Below are positions 10,213-20,017 of a stretch of 64,000 nt of DNA, in pieces. The notes beneath the pieces are model-generated. The model was not told the DNA's origin and did not search any database. It worked only from the letters and a program-made list of their open reading frames with translations. The position numbers and the translations under genes are program-made. Source of the stretch: an uncultured Pirellulales bacterium (GTDB taxonomy: Bacteria > Planctomycetota > Phycisphaerae > Sedimentisphaerales > Anaerobacaceae); contig CAZMSP010000001.1 of assembly GCA_964568985.1 (NCBI GenBank), positions 11,179 through 75,178 of the forward strand. Reading direction: 5' to 3'. Each line of letters opens with the position of its first letter. Position 1 is the stretch's first letter.

Positions 10213-10373
10213 ACAATTCTTTCTTGACTTGCTTTTTTGGTCTTATTTGATAATGTAATTATATGCTTTTTAGGCTGGAATTCAATTTTGTTATTTATCA
10301 TTCGGCCTTGCAAACAAAACAATAAATGCTTCGTAAAAAATAGTGACTTGAAATTTCGTGAAGGAGTCCGCCT

Positions 10374-11288
10374 ATGCACAGAGAAAAAATCACCCGTCGT
10401 GAATTTATCAAAGGCGCATCCGCCCTTGCAGGTGCGGCCTTTATATCCTGCTCACCCCTGAAATCCGCCGGACAAAATCCAAAGCTAACTGCTGTGGATC
10501 AGGTAACTTTAGGCAAGACGGGCCTGAAGCTGAGCCGGCTGGGAATCGGCACGGGTACCAGAGGCGGCAGTATCCAGCGAAATCTCGGCCACGAAGGATT
10601 CAACCGCCTTATACGATACGCCTACGATAAGGGAATTACATATATCGACGCCGCTGACTCATACAGGACCCACGAATGGATCCGCGAGGCAATTAAGGGA
10701 CTGCCGAGAGAAAAACTTTTTATCCAGTCGAAGATAGGTGGAAATCCCAAAGACCCGCTTGAAGTGCTGGAGCACTTTCGAGCGGAGTTGAACACCGATT
10801 ACATCGACAGTGTCCTTGTGCATTGCACTACCAACAGGAACTGGGACAAGGGGCGTAAACGAGTAACCGATGCGCTCGAACAGGCAAAGGATAAGAAAAT
10901 CATACTCGCACACGGTGTTTCCTGCCATAGTGTGCCGGCCTTATCTCTTGCCGCTCAGTTGGATTGGGTGGACGTGAACTTGGTGCGGATAAATCCACAG
11001 GGCGTGAAAATTGATACACCCTCGGAGGGATGGAATGCCCACAGCGATAACTCTGATGTCCCTGCGGTGATGGAGCAGATCAAGATTATGCGCAAAAATA
11101 ATCACGGCATCATCGGAATGAAAATTATGGGAGAGGGGGACTTCACTGGCCCAGAACAACGCGAAAAATCCATCCGCTTTGCGATGCAGCCCGGCCTGCT
11201 CGATGCAGTAGTAATCGGCTTTAAGAACACTGAGGAAATCGACGAGGCCATCGAACGAATCAACCGTGCCCTGTTAGAAACCACATAA
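10374..11288 (+). CDS. Tat-exported aldo/keto reductase
   Basis: Twin-arginine-like leader TRREFIKGASALAGAAF. AKR motifs LGIGTG, GITYIDAADSY and KIGG. Confidence 0.8.
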   Translation: MHREKITRREFIKGASALAGAAFISCSPLKSAGQNPKLTAVDQVTLGKTGLKLSRLGIGTGTRGGSIQRNLGHEGFNRLIRYAYDKGITYIDAADSYRTHEWIREAIKGLPREKLFIQSKIGGNPKDPLEVLEHFRAELNTDYIDSVLVHCTTNRNWDKGRKRVTDALEQAKDKKIILAHGVSCHSVPALSLAAQLDWVDVNLVRINPQGVKIDTPSEGWNAHSDNSDVPAVMEQIKIMRKNNHGIIGMKIMGEGDFTGPEQREKSIRFAMQPGLLDAVVIGFKNTEEIDEAIERINRALLETT

Positions 11289-11583
11289 ATCCTCGAATAA
11301 TAAATGCCGCTGAAATACCCTTCTAAGCAGATGGGTGATGAGGCAGTACGTCTATTATCATACAGAAGACCTCTTCTATATAACTTTTCCCCTCATTCAC
11401 GCATGGATTCTTTGTCTGCGTAAAGTCCACCTGCGTTAGATCCTGTGATTTTAACGATAAACAAAATTTGGGGGATATGCCGACATCAATATAGCCGGGT
11501 TATCTGCTCTCGTCCTGACATAAGCGCAAGCCGTAGCCAGATTGGCCACACACTACATACAGGTAACTCGGTATAACCAGAAA

Positions 11584-11628
11584 GGGGCTGGAGTTCCTCT
11601 CTCACAATCTCCTCCCTCCAGCCCTTTT
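11584..11628 (+). terminator. hairpin GGGCTGGAG-N22-CTCCAGCCC followed by TTTT (terminator-like)
   Basis: 9-bp GC stem at 11585-11593 / 11616-11624, then a T run at 11625-11628. It lies between convergent genes. A related hairpin is at 39337-39389. Confidence 0.4.
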
Positions 11629-11738
11629 CTCTTTGGCCTGAAAAATACCAATCGGCTAAATGATGCATGTCTTTTATCAACAATTTTTGGAGGCGACTTT
11701 GGCTGAAGATTCGATTGATTGTTATACGGAATAGCCGG

Positions 11739-12371
11739 TTACGCCTTCATTTCGGCGACGAGTGCTTTGGTTTCGGAGGACTGGTTCTGCTGGGCATCTT
11801 TGAAGGCAGCTACGGCCGATTCGTTCTGCTGCTTGAACAGCTCATTTCCTTCGATAATCTCTTTCAAGGCCTTTGATTTTGTCCGGGCATCATTTAAGAA
11901 CTTAACCGCCTTTGTGCCATAGACCCCGCCAAACAAAGCACTGATAGCGATGGCCAACTCTAAGGCAGAATCCGCTACCTGCCAGGTGTCAGGCCTGTCG
12001 CTCGATTCAATCAAAGCCGACCTTGCAAGCTGCCAGTTAGACTGTACGAGAATATCCTCTGCGGTCTCTGCCTGAGGAAACTCCTTCGGCAGGCCATTGT
12101 AAGAAACAAAGGATCTGCTCTGCAATTCTGACAATTCCGTCAATGCCTTTAGTTTTTCCGAGGTGTCCTCATCTCTGGCGGTCTCGGCTGCTACTAACGT
12201 AGTTCGGTTGTGCAGCCAGGCGTTTTGCTTCTGCTGCTCACTCGGTGCAAATCGCAAAGTTTCACAGCCGACACAAGAAAGTGCAAAAACAATAAGTGCA
12301 CATCCGGCTACGGCACGCTTCGCCGTGACAAGAATACAGAAATAACTTGCGTTCTTTTTTGTTTTTTTCAT
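11739..12371 (-). CDS. hypothetical lipoprotein
   Basis: 210 aa. Signal plus lipobox-like LIVFALSCVGC. No other motif. Confidence 0.55.
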   Translation of the reverse strand: MKKTKKNASYFCILVTAKRAVAGCALIVFALSCVGCETLRFAPSEQQKQNAWLHNRTTLVAAETARDEDTSEKLKALTELSELQSRSFVSYNGLPKEFPQAETAEDILVQSNWQLARSALIESSDRPDTWQVADSALELAIAISALFGGVYGTKAVKFLNDARTKSKALKEIIEGNELFKQQNESAVAAFKDAQQNQSSETKALVAEMKA

Positions 12372-12452
12372 CGTTTCACTCCTTAAATATATAAGTTGTC
12401 ATTTGTTTTTTTGTTATAATGCCGCTTTGTTAAAATTAACGGAAACAGACTC

Positions 12453-13547
12453 GTGGACACCGCAAAGAAATTTAAACCAAAGACCATATTGCTGTGGCAT
12501 AAAATATCTGAACATCCTGAAGCCCAGCGAATTGTGAAAATGTTTCCATCTGCAAATGTCCATATAGTAAAACATCAACGCAAACCCCCTTTTTTTGATA
12601 TGACTTCAGCTGAAGCTCTTTTGGCGGGAAAGAGAACATTAATGATAGGAGAAACTTCATCTTTTGTCGGACACTTTGACGGCCGGCTCGGTCCAAATGT
12701 CCGCTGCTGTCCTTATTATAAATTAGTCCCCATTTCAAATGGCTGTCCATATTATTGCACATATTGCTATTTGGCATACGTTTACCGCAAATTCAGCCCA
12801 TTTATTAAGGTCAACATCAATTACGATACGATGTTCAAGCAAATCCGAAAGGCCCTGTCCCGCTCTCGCGGCAAAGTAAGTTTCAATATGGGAGAAATGC
12901 TCGATAGTCTCGCCCTTGACCACATAACCAACCTTACAACCATGTTAGTTCCTTTCTTCTCCGGCTTTTCCAATGCATATCTAATGCTACTTACCAAAAG
13001 CAGCAACATTGATAATATTTTATTGCTTAAACCTAACGAACATACAATCATCTCATGGAGTCTCAATCCTCAACATATAATCGAGCAATACGAAGCGGGC
13101 ACCGCGAGTCTTGATGAACGTATCGAGGCAGCCAAGCTGTGCCAGGAAAAGGGCTGGCGAATACGAATCCGCATCGACCCCTGCATGCTGTATCCGGATT
13201 GGAAAGCCGGGTACTCTGATTTGATTCGAAAAACATTAACTGCCATCTGTCCTGAAAACATAACGCTTGGTATGTTAAGACTCCTGCCTGGTCATTTTCG
13301 ACTTGCCAAAGAAACTTACGGTAATCGTGCTGGAAAGCTTCTTAATCATAAGTTTGTTAGGGGAGCTTCGGATGGCAAGCTCCGTTACCCACCGAACCAA
13401 CGTGTCGAATTCTACAGTTTTCTTATTGATTCTATTCGCAGTTTTGATAAGGCCGTCTCTATCGGTCTTTGCCGAGAGACACCGGAAATCTGGAACGCTA
13501 TGAAAGAACGCTGTGAACCTGAGAAATGCAATTGCCTCGTCTGGTAA
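12453..13547 (+). CDS. radical SAM protein, spore-photoproduct-lyase (SplB)-like family
   Basis: CPYYCTYC (CX3CX2C) cluster motif. 364 aa, with overall SPL-family character. Confidence 0.7.
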   Translation: MDTAKKFKPKTILLWHKISEHPEAQRIVKMFPSANVHIVKHQRKPPFFDMTSAEALLAGKRTLMIGETSSFVGHFDGRLGPNVRCCPYYKLVPISNGCPYYCTYCYLAYVYRKFSPFIKVNINYDTMFKQIRKALSRSRGKVSFNMGEMLDSLALDHITNLTTMLVPFFSGFSNAYLMLLTKSSNIDNILLLKPNEHTIISWSLNPQHIIEQYEAGTASLDERIEAAKLCQEKGWRIRIRIDPCMLYPDWKAGYSDLIRKTLTAICPENITLGMLRLLPGHFRLAKETYGNRAGKLLNHKFVRGASDGKLRYPPNQRVEFYSFLIDSIRSFDKAVSIGLCRETPEIWNAMKERCEPEKCNCLVW

Positions 13548-13550
13548 CAA

Positions 13551-14486
13551 TCAGGCAACATAACTGCGTCCGGCTACTCCCTTATTATCTGGATTATACA
13601 AACAGCTATAATAAGAATATTCGTGTGTTTCACTTGTATTTCTATCCGGATAAATCTGCTGCGCCATTTCTTCTTTGTGAGTTGAAACGCCTATAGCCTT
13701 GCCAATTCGTCTTATCAACGATTCCCTAAACCTATCTTGCAGAATCAGTATCACTCCATTACGGCTACAAAATTCCTCTATACTTAACAATCCGCTAATT
13801 AAATTATTGAATCCATTATCTTCATTCAACGGTATTACAACATAAGAGAAGGTTATTATGTCAAATGCGCCAATATTATTTTTAATACGTTGAAGTTGGC
13901 GCATATTGTCAGGAAAAGCATTATTAATACTCATTGTTTGACCGTTAACAATCCTGCCTTGATGCGCATTTTTAATTTTGAAATAGTGTGATAACATATG
14001 TCTACCTGTTCCAAGGCATATCGTTGCTGTATCATTGAGCACATATGTTATTTTGAGTGAGCGGTGCTTTGGATATTTCCCAATATGTACAAGGTAGTCG
14101 ATAATACAAGAAAGTAACTCTGTAATCGCCAAAGAGGCAACTGCTGGCCCCGAACCTATGTCAAGAATTTGAATGCTACCGGAACTAACGATGTCAAGAA
14201 AATCCAAAGAGACTATATAGTTAATTAAACTATTCTGAATCTGCAAAAAGTGCCGAGCAAAGAAAACATCTAAAAATGCTCGCATGCTTGAGGGTGTAGT
14301 TGGATAACGCGTCTCGTCTTCAGAGACTTTCCTTTGTGGTAATTGTAATATCTGCCGTTTCAGCACCGATTTCACAACATCGGTTAATTGCCATACTCCG
14401 TCAGGACATAGCTCTTCTATAATTAGATTTTTCAGTGTTTCATTCATAAGTAATAAAAAATCAAAATATTTCGTGTTCCGTGTCAT
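13551..14486 (-). CDS. class I SAM-methyltransferase-fold protein (substrate unknown)
   Basis: Motif I ILDIGSGPAVASLAI. Visibly AT-rich and rich in I/N/K. An alternative start at ATG 14447 avoids overlap with the upstream gene. Confidence 0.5.
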   Translation of the reverse strand: MTRNTKYFDFLLLMNETLKNLIIEELCPDGVWQLTDVVKSVLKRQILQLPQRKVSEDETRYPTTPSSMRAFLDVFFARHFLQIQNSLINYIVSLDFLDIVSSGSIQILDIGSGPAVASLAITELLSCIIDYLVHIGKYPKHRSLKITYVLNDTATICLGTGRHMLSHYFKIKNAHQGRIVNGQTMSINNAFPDNMRQLQRIKNNIGAFDIITFSYVVIPLNEDNGFNNLISGLLSIEEFCSRNGVILILQDRFRESLIRRIGKAIGVSTHKEEMAQQIYPDRNTSETHEYSYYSCLYNPDNKGVAGRSYVA

Positions 14487-14850
14487 TTTTCCGAATTTGT
14501 CTCTCGATCGCTCGAAGGCGGTATTCGTATGAGATACTCTTGGCAGAAAGTGTCTCGAGCTTGTTGGTAAAATCCTTCTGGCATTGAAGCAGCATCGTTA
14601 CATCGCGCTGCAAAAGGTCCAACTGTCTTTGTAAATTGACCCAGCTTCCCACAATCAATGAAGCCAGAAATACCAACTGGACAAGCACAGAGACATTTAT
14701 CTGGCGATTAAACTGCCAGCTTTTATTGTTCTGACTTTTTGTTTCGCTCATCTTATCTCTCACATCTACTCGTTTTTCAATATCTTCCATCACCACTGGA
14801 AAAATTTGTCCTAATCGTTTCGGCTCAGATTTTCTTTGTTTTTCGTCCAT
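14461..14850 (-). CDS. single-pass membrane coiled-coil protein (hypothetical)
   Basis: 129 aa. One TM segment (VSVLVQLVFLASLIVGSWV) followed by a coiled-coil-like region. Confidence 0.4.
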   Translation of the reverse strand: MDEKQRKSEPKRLGQIFPVVMEDIEKRVDVRDKMSETKSQNNKSWQFNRQINVSVLVQLVFLASLIVGSWVNLQRQLDLLQRDVTMLLQCQKDFTNKLETLSAKSISYEYRLRAIERQIRKNDTEHEIF

Positions 14851-14865
14851 CGCCTCCCTGGCGTT

Positions 14866-15129
14866 TTAAGGTATTGCGTAAAAGACGTTCTTATCGCCGA
14901 CTCTAGACATTAGCGCGTACGTCCCTGATGGAAGTGTCCCCTGCTCATGAAATGGCTCAGCCAGATTAACTGCCTGTGTTTGCTTACCTATTTCGACCGG
15001 CAACGAGCCGGGGCTGCCTATTACTACAACGATGACATTATAGGCGTTGTATGAGCTATGACTTTTAACTTTAATTGCCCAGTCAGCTGCTCTGGCGCCA
15101 GGTGATATAACTGTTGCTATCTCCTGCAT
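14866..15129 (-). CDS. hypothetical small virion-module protein
   Basis: 87-aa ORF tightly spaced within the structural operon (10-15 nt gaps). Confidence 0.4.
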   Translation of the reverse strand: MQEIATVISPGARAADWAIKVKSHSSYNAYNVIVVVIGSPGSLPVEIGKQTQAVNLAEPFHEQGTLPSGTYALMSRVGDKNVFYAIP

Positions 15130-15139
15130 AATCGCTTCC

Positions 15140-16972
15140 CTACATATTACGCTTGCGAATAATTTTCAGGTTTGTGCACTGCTTTACAAAATCCATCTTC
15201 ACTCGCTCGATATAACTTATGCTTCGGTTATCGCCTCTTGTGCCGAGTAAGTCCCTGCTTTCAGGGTTGGTATTGACCCCGTCACCGACCTCATAATCAA
15301 ACGATAGAGTCGGCGTCTGAACATCGACTGTCTCAATAGCCGAAGATAAGACATTCGCCCTGTGGCGGATATATTCATATAACGAAACAGAATCATCAAA
15401 CTCATCAGCAACACCCAGAGCTTCATCGGATGAATTTGCAAAAATACTTTTACCCGACACCTTTTGATACTTGAACCCCCTAAGGGGAGTAATTAAATGC
15501 TCAACCACAGGGATAGTTGAATTTACAGGTCCATCAGCAATCTCGCAGCTTAATCTTTCATCACTGATTACCGATGCGGTTATTCTGAATTTCAATACGC
15601 CTTTTAATGCCGCTACCCAAGTATTAACATCAAGCCGGTCGCTGCTGAGCCATATCCCACACTCATCCAGCAGATTATTAAAAGCATAAAGGTACTGCCA
15701 CCAATGCAGGCCGTCATCGAATGAAACCTGCAGAAAGTAACCCATCGACTTTCCCTGTTTGTCGGTGGTTAGGGCAGGCCAGAAGCGCCTGCGACGGGCA
15801 GCATAATTGCTGCTCTCGAATATCTTTGAAAAATCAAACGCATCACCCCGATTGTACGGCTGACCGCTGTAATCGCCTGCTTCATTGAGACACCATTTGC
15901 GATATACATCCTTTACCTTATAGAAATCAGGATTCGTCGAAGGTGAAAATTTATCATAATCAATATCCTCATCAGCTGGGTCCCAACCCTTGACCAGGTC
16001 AAACGTCGCTTCATAAACCTTAAAATCACCCTGGCCAATGTATTTGCGTGTTACCGGCCAGAAATTTTTCCTGCTGCTTAGTGTTGCTATATTTGTTTTT
16101 GATATGCTAAACTGCTCACCGTGCAGCTGACAGCTTAATTCAACTTCCCTGCCTGCTCCTTTCTTATAAAACACAATTGCCTGACTCGGCCCGGTCTCTG
16201 CGAGGCGCGGTACGAATTTAAACTCCAGGGCAATTCTTTCACAACATCGATGCAGCGCTTCTATAAGATTTAATCCCGTAACATCAAGGTCACGAACTAT
16301 CTGGTTCTCTGTCAGGCTAAATATCCGCTTAATATCGGGTCTCTGCAATTGTCCGGCCAGCAAATACTCACAGAGAAGATAGTCAATCACTTCTGCATAG
16401 CTGAAGAGCTTACTTCGCGATGGCTCAGCACAAAAGGTCGTGAAACTGCTGCCGTTAATTTCTGTCGGCGTTGGACTTGCATTGGCCTTGCCACTAGGAT
16501 TAAATGCAGTATCAAGGCCAGCCAGAAACACGGTCGAACCATCTGAGCTACCCATCCGCTGGCCATATACGGTGATACGTTTCATTATCGTGCTAAAATC
16601 TCTCGCTATAATTTCCACGCTTTCGCCATCGGCGCCAAGTTTTGTCTCGACGCCTTCTATTTGACCTTCGAAGACAGGATGGCTAAAAGCCGCCGCCGCT
16701 GGCGGCATACCGTTAAAGTATCGTCGAATGCTGATAGACCTTCCCATAGCAAATTCCGACTCAATCTCTTCAGCAGTTCTTAGTTCGGCAGCCGGATACG
16801 CTGCTGGATTGTAAACCAATTTAGCCCAGCTAAACTCCGGCCAGCCGTCACGCACAATCTCTACCAGCTCAAGATTCGGACACAATGTCCCATCAAGCAG
16901 AATCGAGACAGTGACACCTGATAGTGCTAACTCGTTTTGAACCGGCTGGAAAAAATCAATTCTATTAGACAT
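15140..16972 (-). CDS. large virion protein (tail/hub-like, unassigned)
   Basis: 610-aa ORF in the structural operon. Assigned by position only. Confidence 0.5.
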   Translation of the reverse strand: MSNRIDFFQPVQNELALSGVTVSILLDGTLCPNLELVEIVRDGWPEFSWAKLVYNPAAYPAAELRTAEEIESEFAMGRSISIRRYFNGMPPAAAAFSHPVFEGQIEGVETKLGADGESVEIIARDFSTIMKRITVYGQRMGSSDGSTVFLAGLDTAFNPSGKANASPTPTEINGSSFTTFCAEPSRSKLFSYAEVIDYLLCEYLLAGQLQRPDIKRIFSLTENQIVRDLDVTGLNLIEALHRCCERIALEFKFVPRLAETGPSQAIVFYKKGAGREVELSCQLHGEQFSISKTNIATLSSRKNFWPVTRKYIGQGDFKVYEATFDLVKGWDPADEDIDYDKFSPSTNPDFYKVKDVYRKWCLNEAGDYSGQPYNRGDAFDFSKIFESSNYAARRRRFWPALTTDKQGKSMGYFLQVSFDDGLHWWQYLYAFNNLLDECGIWLSSDRLDVNTWVAALKGVLKFRITASVISDERLSCEIADGPVNSTIPVVEHLITPLRGFKYQKVSGKSIFANSSDEALGVADEFDDSVSLYEYIRHRANVLSSAIETVDVQTPTLSFDYEVGDGVNTNPESRDLLGTRGDNRSISYIERVKMDFVKQCTNLKIIRKRNM

Positions 16973-17032
16973 ATCTTATCTCGCTTCTCGATATTTGAGG
17001 CTCGACGAGAGTCCAGTATCGAGTATCAAGCA

Positions 17033-17722
17033 TCAGACAGCTTCAACATTCAAAATGTCGATTGCATCCGGATTTATCGTATTAAGCTGGATTCTTAACG
17101 AAGCTTTTGTACTATTCGATACGCCGCTGGTATATTCGGCCCTTATAGCAAACAGGTATTTATCCGCGTCAAGTGCGTTAGTTAAATAGCTGTAAAATCT
17201 CCGTCCCTCATAATCCATCGTTGCAATAGGGCTTTCATAGTCGATTTGACCCGTTCCACCATCATAATAAATCCTGAAATACTTTGGCCCGGACTTTTGT
17301 CCGACAGGGCAATAATACCAGAGCAGCTGTACCTTATCGCTGTCCACCTGTCTGGCATACCGGCTGAAAATCTTATTTGGCTGCGGCTTTATCAGGTTGC
17401 CATCGGCATCTATTGAGACTTTAATCGCGGCAGATAATGTATGTTCCTGGTACCCGCATCTATTGACCCGACGAACAACATAGAAATATGTCGAGCTGTT
17501 ATCATGCGCAAGATAGCTCGGCGGCGAGATTGTGTCGGCATTTAAGTCGGCCACCGCCAATAGATTATCAAAATCTATTCTTTCCATACTGGGCCCGCGA
17601 TGAAGCACTGAGCAGCCGGCAATGCGCATCCAGAACCAGCCCAAACTAAGCACAGTTCCGAGCTTGAAGGCATTGGCTGTCATGCCGGAGAATAAAGCAT
17701 CTTTTTGCCACTTGGATTCCAT
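17033..17722 (-). CDS. virion protein with GTGQIDY motif domain
   Basis: 229 aa. RIYYDGGTGQIDYESPIA is paralogous to IYFDAGTGQIDYDAPLN in ORF 20825-21601. ATGA stop/start overlap with the upstream gene at 17720-17724. Confidence 0.5.
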   Translation of the reverse strand: MESKWQKDALFSGMTANAFKLGTVLSLGWFWMRIAGCSVLHRGPSMERIDFDNLLAVADLNADTISPPSYLAHDNSSTYFYVVRRVNRCGYQEHTLSAAIKVSIDADGNLIKPQPNKIFSRYARQVDSDKVQLLWYYCPVGQKSGPKYFRIYYDGGTGQIDYESPIATMDYEGRRFYSYLTNALDADKYLFAIRAEYTSGVSNSTKASLRIQLNTINPDAIDILNVEAV

Positions 17723-18177
17723 CAGTTGGGCGTCCTGGTTAGAGTGGATTCTCCATCGGTTGGAGTATGAGTCAAGATAACAGTCTCACCATCGTCATCG
17801 TAGTAATCAATTTTGCCGGTCGATTTCTCTTGGACAGCTTTATTAGCAAGCATCTTATCAGCAGTCAGCTCACCACTGACCGTCCAGATTATTTCGCCGC
17901 TTCCTACAAGGTCATCGCTGTCCGCAGGATTAGCTCCTGTCTGTAAGAATACTTGAATCGTATATCGCCCAGAAGAAATGTTGGTATCTAAATCGCCAAC
18001 ATATCTATCACCATCTTTATTAGTCAGGGATATATCATAATCATCAGCATCCCGACCGCTTGTGCCCCAGCTCTCGAAGACCTGCCCTGCCACATACCAT
18101 ACCTGTCCTACACTATTACGGACAACTGCATAAAGCGTGTTGCCTGATTCATAATCTACATGAATTTCATTTGCCAT
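17722..18177 (-). CDS. hypothetical virion protein
   Basis: 151-aa ORF, translationally coupled to the downstream gene. Confidence 0.45.
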   Translation of the reverse strand: MANEIHVDYESGNTLYAVVRNSVGQVWYVAGQVFESWGTSGRDADDYDISLTNKDGDRYVGDLDTNISSGRYTIQVFLQTGANPADSDDLVGSGEIIWTVSGELTADKMLANKAVQEKSTGKIDYYDDDGETVILTHTPTDGESTLTRTPN

Positions 18178-18198
18178 AAATTATGTCCCTCTTGGTTA

Positions 18199-19974
18199 TT
18201 ATGCCTCTGCCGTCCATGTTCCAAGTGCATCAAATTGCTCCCATTGACCAGCTTTTACACATTTTAATAAACAGCTTTCACCCGCCGCATCTGCCCAAAT
18301 GTGCTTACCAGCATCCTGCTGCGTGCCGTTAATTGCAATAGTTTCCGAACCATAAGGGTCGATACGCAATTGGTAAGTGGCCATAACGATAAATCTATAT
18401 TCAAAACCAGGAATCGCAGGGGGCAATGATAGCGTAATATCTCCGGTCGCTTCTTCGTTCGTATAACTATGGCCATTGTCGAAGGCGTAAACTGTTGTAT
18501 CTGCTGTACATTTAGCTGGCATAATTGGATGGTTTCCTTTGATTTGTGGTCTATCTGCCCCGCCCTCAAAAAACTTTTCTGAGTGTATATCATCAATGTA
18601 ACCTGAACCGTCCCCTATCTGCGTAACTGTTATTAAAGCTGCAACATCCCCATTCCCTTCTAATAAGGCTTGAAGCTCAGTTGCTGTTTTTTGCAGTCCA
18701 GTGGTCTTTTTTACAGAGATTTGTTTTCCAGACAAACTGACCGACCATCCTGGTGGTACATTAAATACCTTAAATGAAATCTGATTTCCATCCTTCCCAA
18801 TTGTTTTTGCAGTCATAGTTATGTTTGAATTATCCCCTCCTGTAAAAGCTGTTGTATGTGTAGCCTGCTCTCCATCTATTGCTATTAAATTACTACAAGC
18901 TTTTGAAATACCACGAGCATACTCAGAATCGTATCCATACCTGCAATTTATAATTTTCGCATTACCGCAAATACCTTTAGAAGAACCGCCCCCCATACCA
19001 AGGGATTTATAATTCTCTCCTAAATACTTATCAAGTCCATCGACACCCTTCCCAGAAACAACACAGTCTATACATTGGCCAGCAAACTTAGCATTGACTC
19101 CATCATAGGTACTACCCGCAGCGAAGCTTTGGAGGCCTGCTATACATCTAATTGCAAGTCCGGTAAATTGTCTTTGCAACGCCCAGGAATTACTACCACT
19201 CATACAATCAATAAAAGTACCGCTACAGTTACAGCCCCAGGTTCCGCAACCTCCGAACCCCCCATACCCTGTTATACAGCGGACAAATAATCCGCTACAG
19301 TCAGCACCAGCAGTATCGCCTCCAAAAGATTGATAACCATACCAAGTACTAAACGCACTACTATATTGTCCAATTTCATCAAACCAAGATATACAATCGA
19401 ACATCTTAGCTTTTAATTTTTTATTTGCTGCTACACGCCAAGCCCAACCGGTCGCGTGGCAATTTATCCAGGTACCACCTAAATCATTGGTACCAAATAC
19501 AGGAAATCCCTTTTTTGCGCTTGTGGAAGTTCCTATAAAGTGCATATTTTGATAGAAACTTGGGGTATTGTCTGATGCCGTGATTTCAAATCCAAAATCC
19601 GTTCCAGAACCTTCACCTGTCGTCTCTATAGTAAAGTTGCTTAATTTTACATCACTGGCACTTTGATTTACCGCAGAACCTCCTGTGCCTCTCGTTATGA
19701 TGCTATCTGTTGCATGACCTGATACTCCAGTAATATCCACATAATCTGTATCAAGTTCTAATTCTGCCGTAAGAATATATTTCCCTGGAGTAAGAATTAA
19801 TGTTCTACGATTCGTTGCCGATAAAGCCCCCATTTGACCATCGCGGTTAGATGATTTCAGCCAGTTATATTTAGTAATCAAATTATCACCAGGATTCATA
19901 CAAACAGCATTTTTGAATCCTATTGATGATGGCAAAACACCGCGTGCAGGAGGTCTAATTGTTGGAATAAGCAT
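18199..19974 (-). CDS. tailspike/fibre-like protein with beta-helix-like Gly/Cys-rich repeats
   Basis: 591 aa. N-terminal TLILTPGKYILTAELELDTDYVDITGV pattern typical of right-handed beta-helix proteins. C-terminal ~70 aa is paralogous to ORF 20018-20806, and both end in GTWTxEA. Confidence 0.55.
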   Translation of the reverse strand: MLIPTIRPPARGVLPSSIGFKNAVCMNPGDNLITKYNWLKSSNRDGQMGALSATNRRTLILTPGKYILTAELELDTDYVDITGVSGHATDSIITRGTGGSAVNQSASDVKLSNFTIETTGEGSGTDFGFEITASDNTPSFYQNMHFIGTSTSAKKGFPVFGTNDLGGTWINCHATGWAWRVAANKKLKAKMFDCISWFDEIGQYSSAFSTWYGYQSFGGDTAGADCSGLFVRCITGYGGFGGCGTWGCNCSGTFIDCMSGSNSWALQRQFTGLAIRCIAGLQSFAAGSTYDGVNAKFAGQCIDCVVSGKGVDGLDKYLGENYKSLGMGGGSSKGICGNAKIINCRYGYDSEYARGISKACSNLIAIDGEQATHTTAFTGGDNSNITMTAKTIGKDGNQISFKVFNVPPGWSVSLSGKQISVKKTTGLQKTATELQALLEGNGDVAALITVTQIGDGSGYIDDIHSEKFFEGGADRPQIKGNHPIMPAKCTADTTVYAFDNGHSYTNEEATGDITLSLPPAIPGFEYRFIVMATYQLRIDPYGSETIAINGTQQDAGKHIWADAAGESCLLKCVKAGQWEQFDALGTWTAEA

Positions 19975-20017
19975 TTTTATTTCCCTTCATCCCGCTCTTC
20001 GCAAGGGCGGGGTTCAT

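Noticed and set aside
11290-11583. Known structured RNA (tmRNA, RNase P, SRP, 6S) in the 450-nt gap after the aldo/keto reductase gene
   Set aside because: None of the conserved signature strings of these RNAs (for example GAGGAAAGTCC for RNase P, or a tRNA-like CCA end for tmRNA) is present. Only the terminator-like hairpin is supported.
13540-13560. att sites, tRNA genes or an integrase at the borders of the phage-derived cluster (also 38718-39852)
   Set aside because: No tRNA-like sequence (no GGTTCGAATCC-type T-arm) was found. There is no direct repeat shared by the two borders, and no integrase-like ORF was found by eye.
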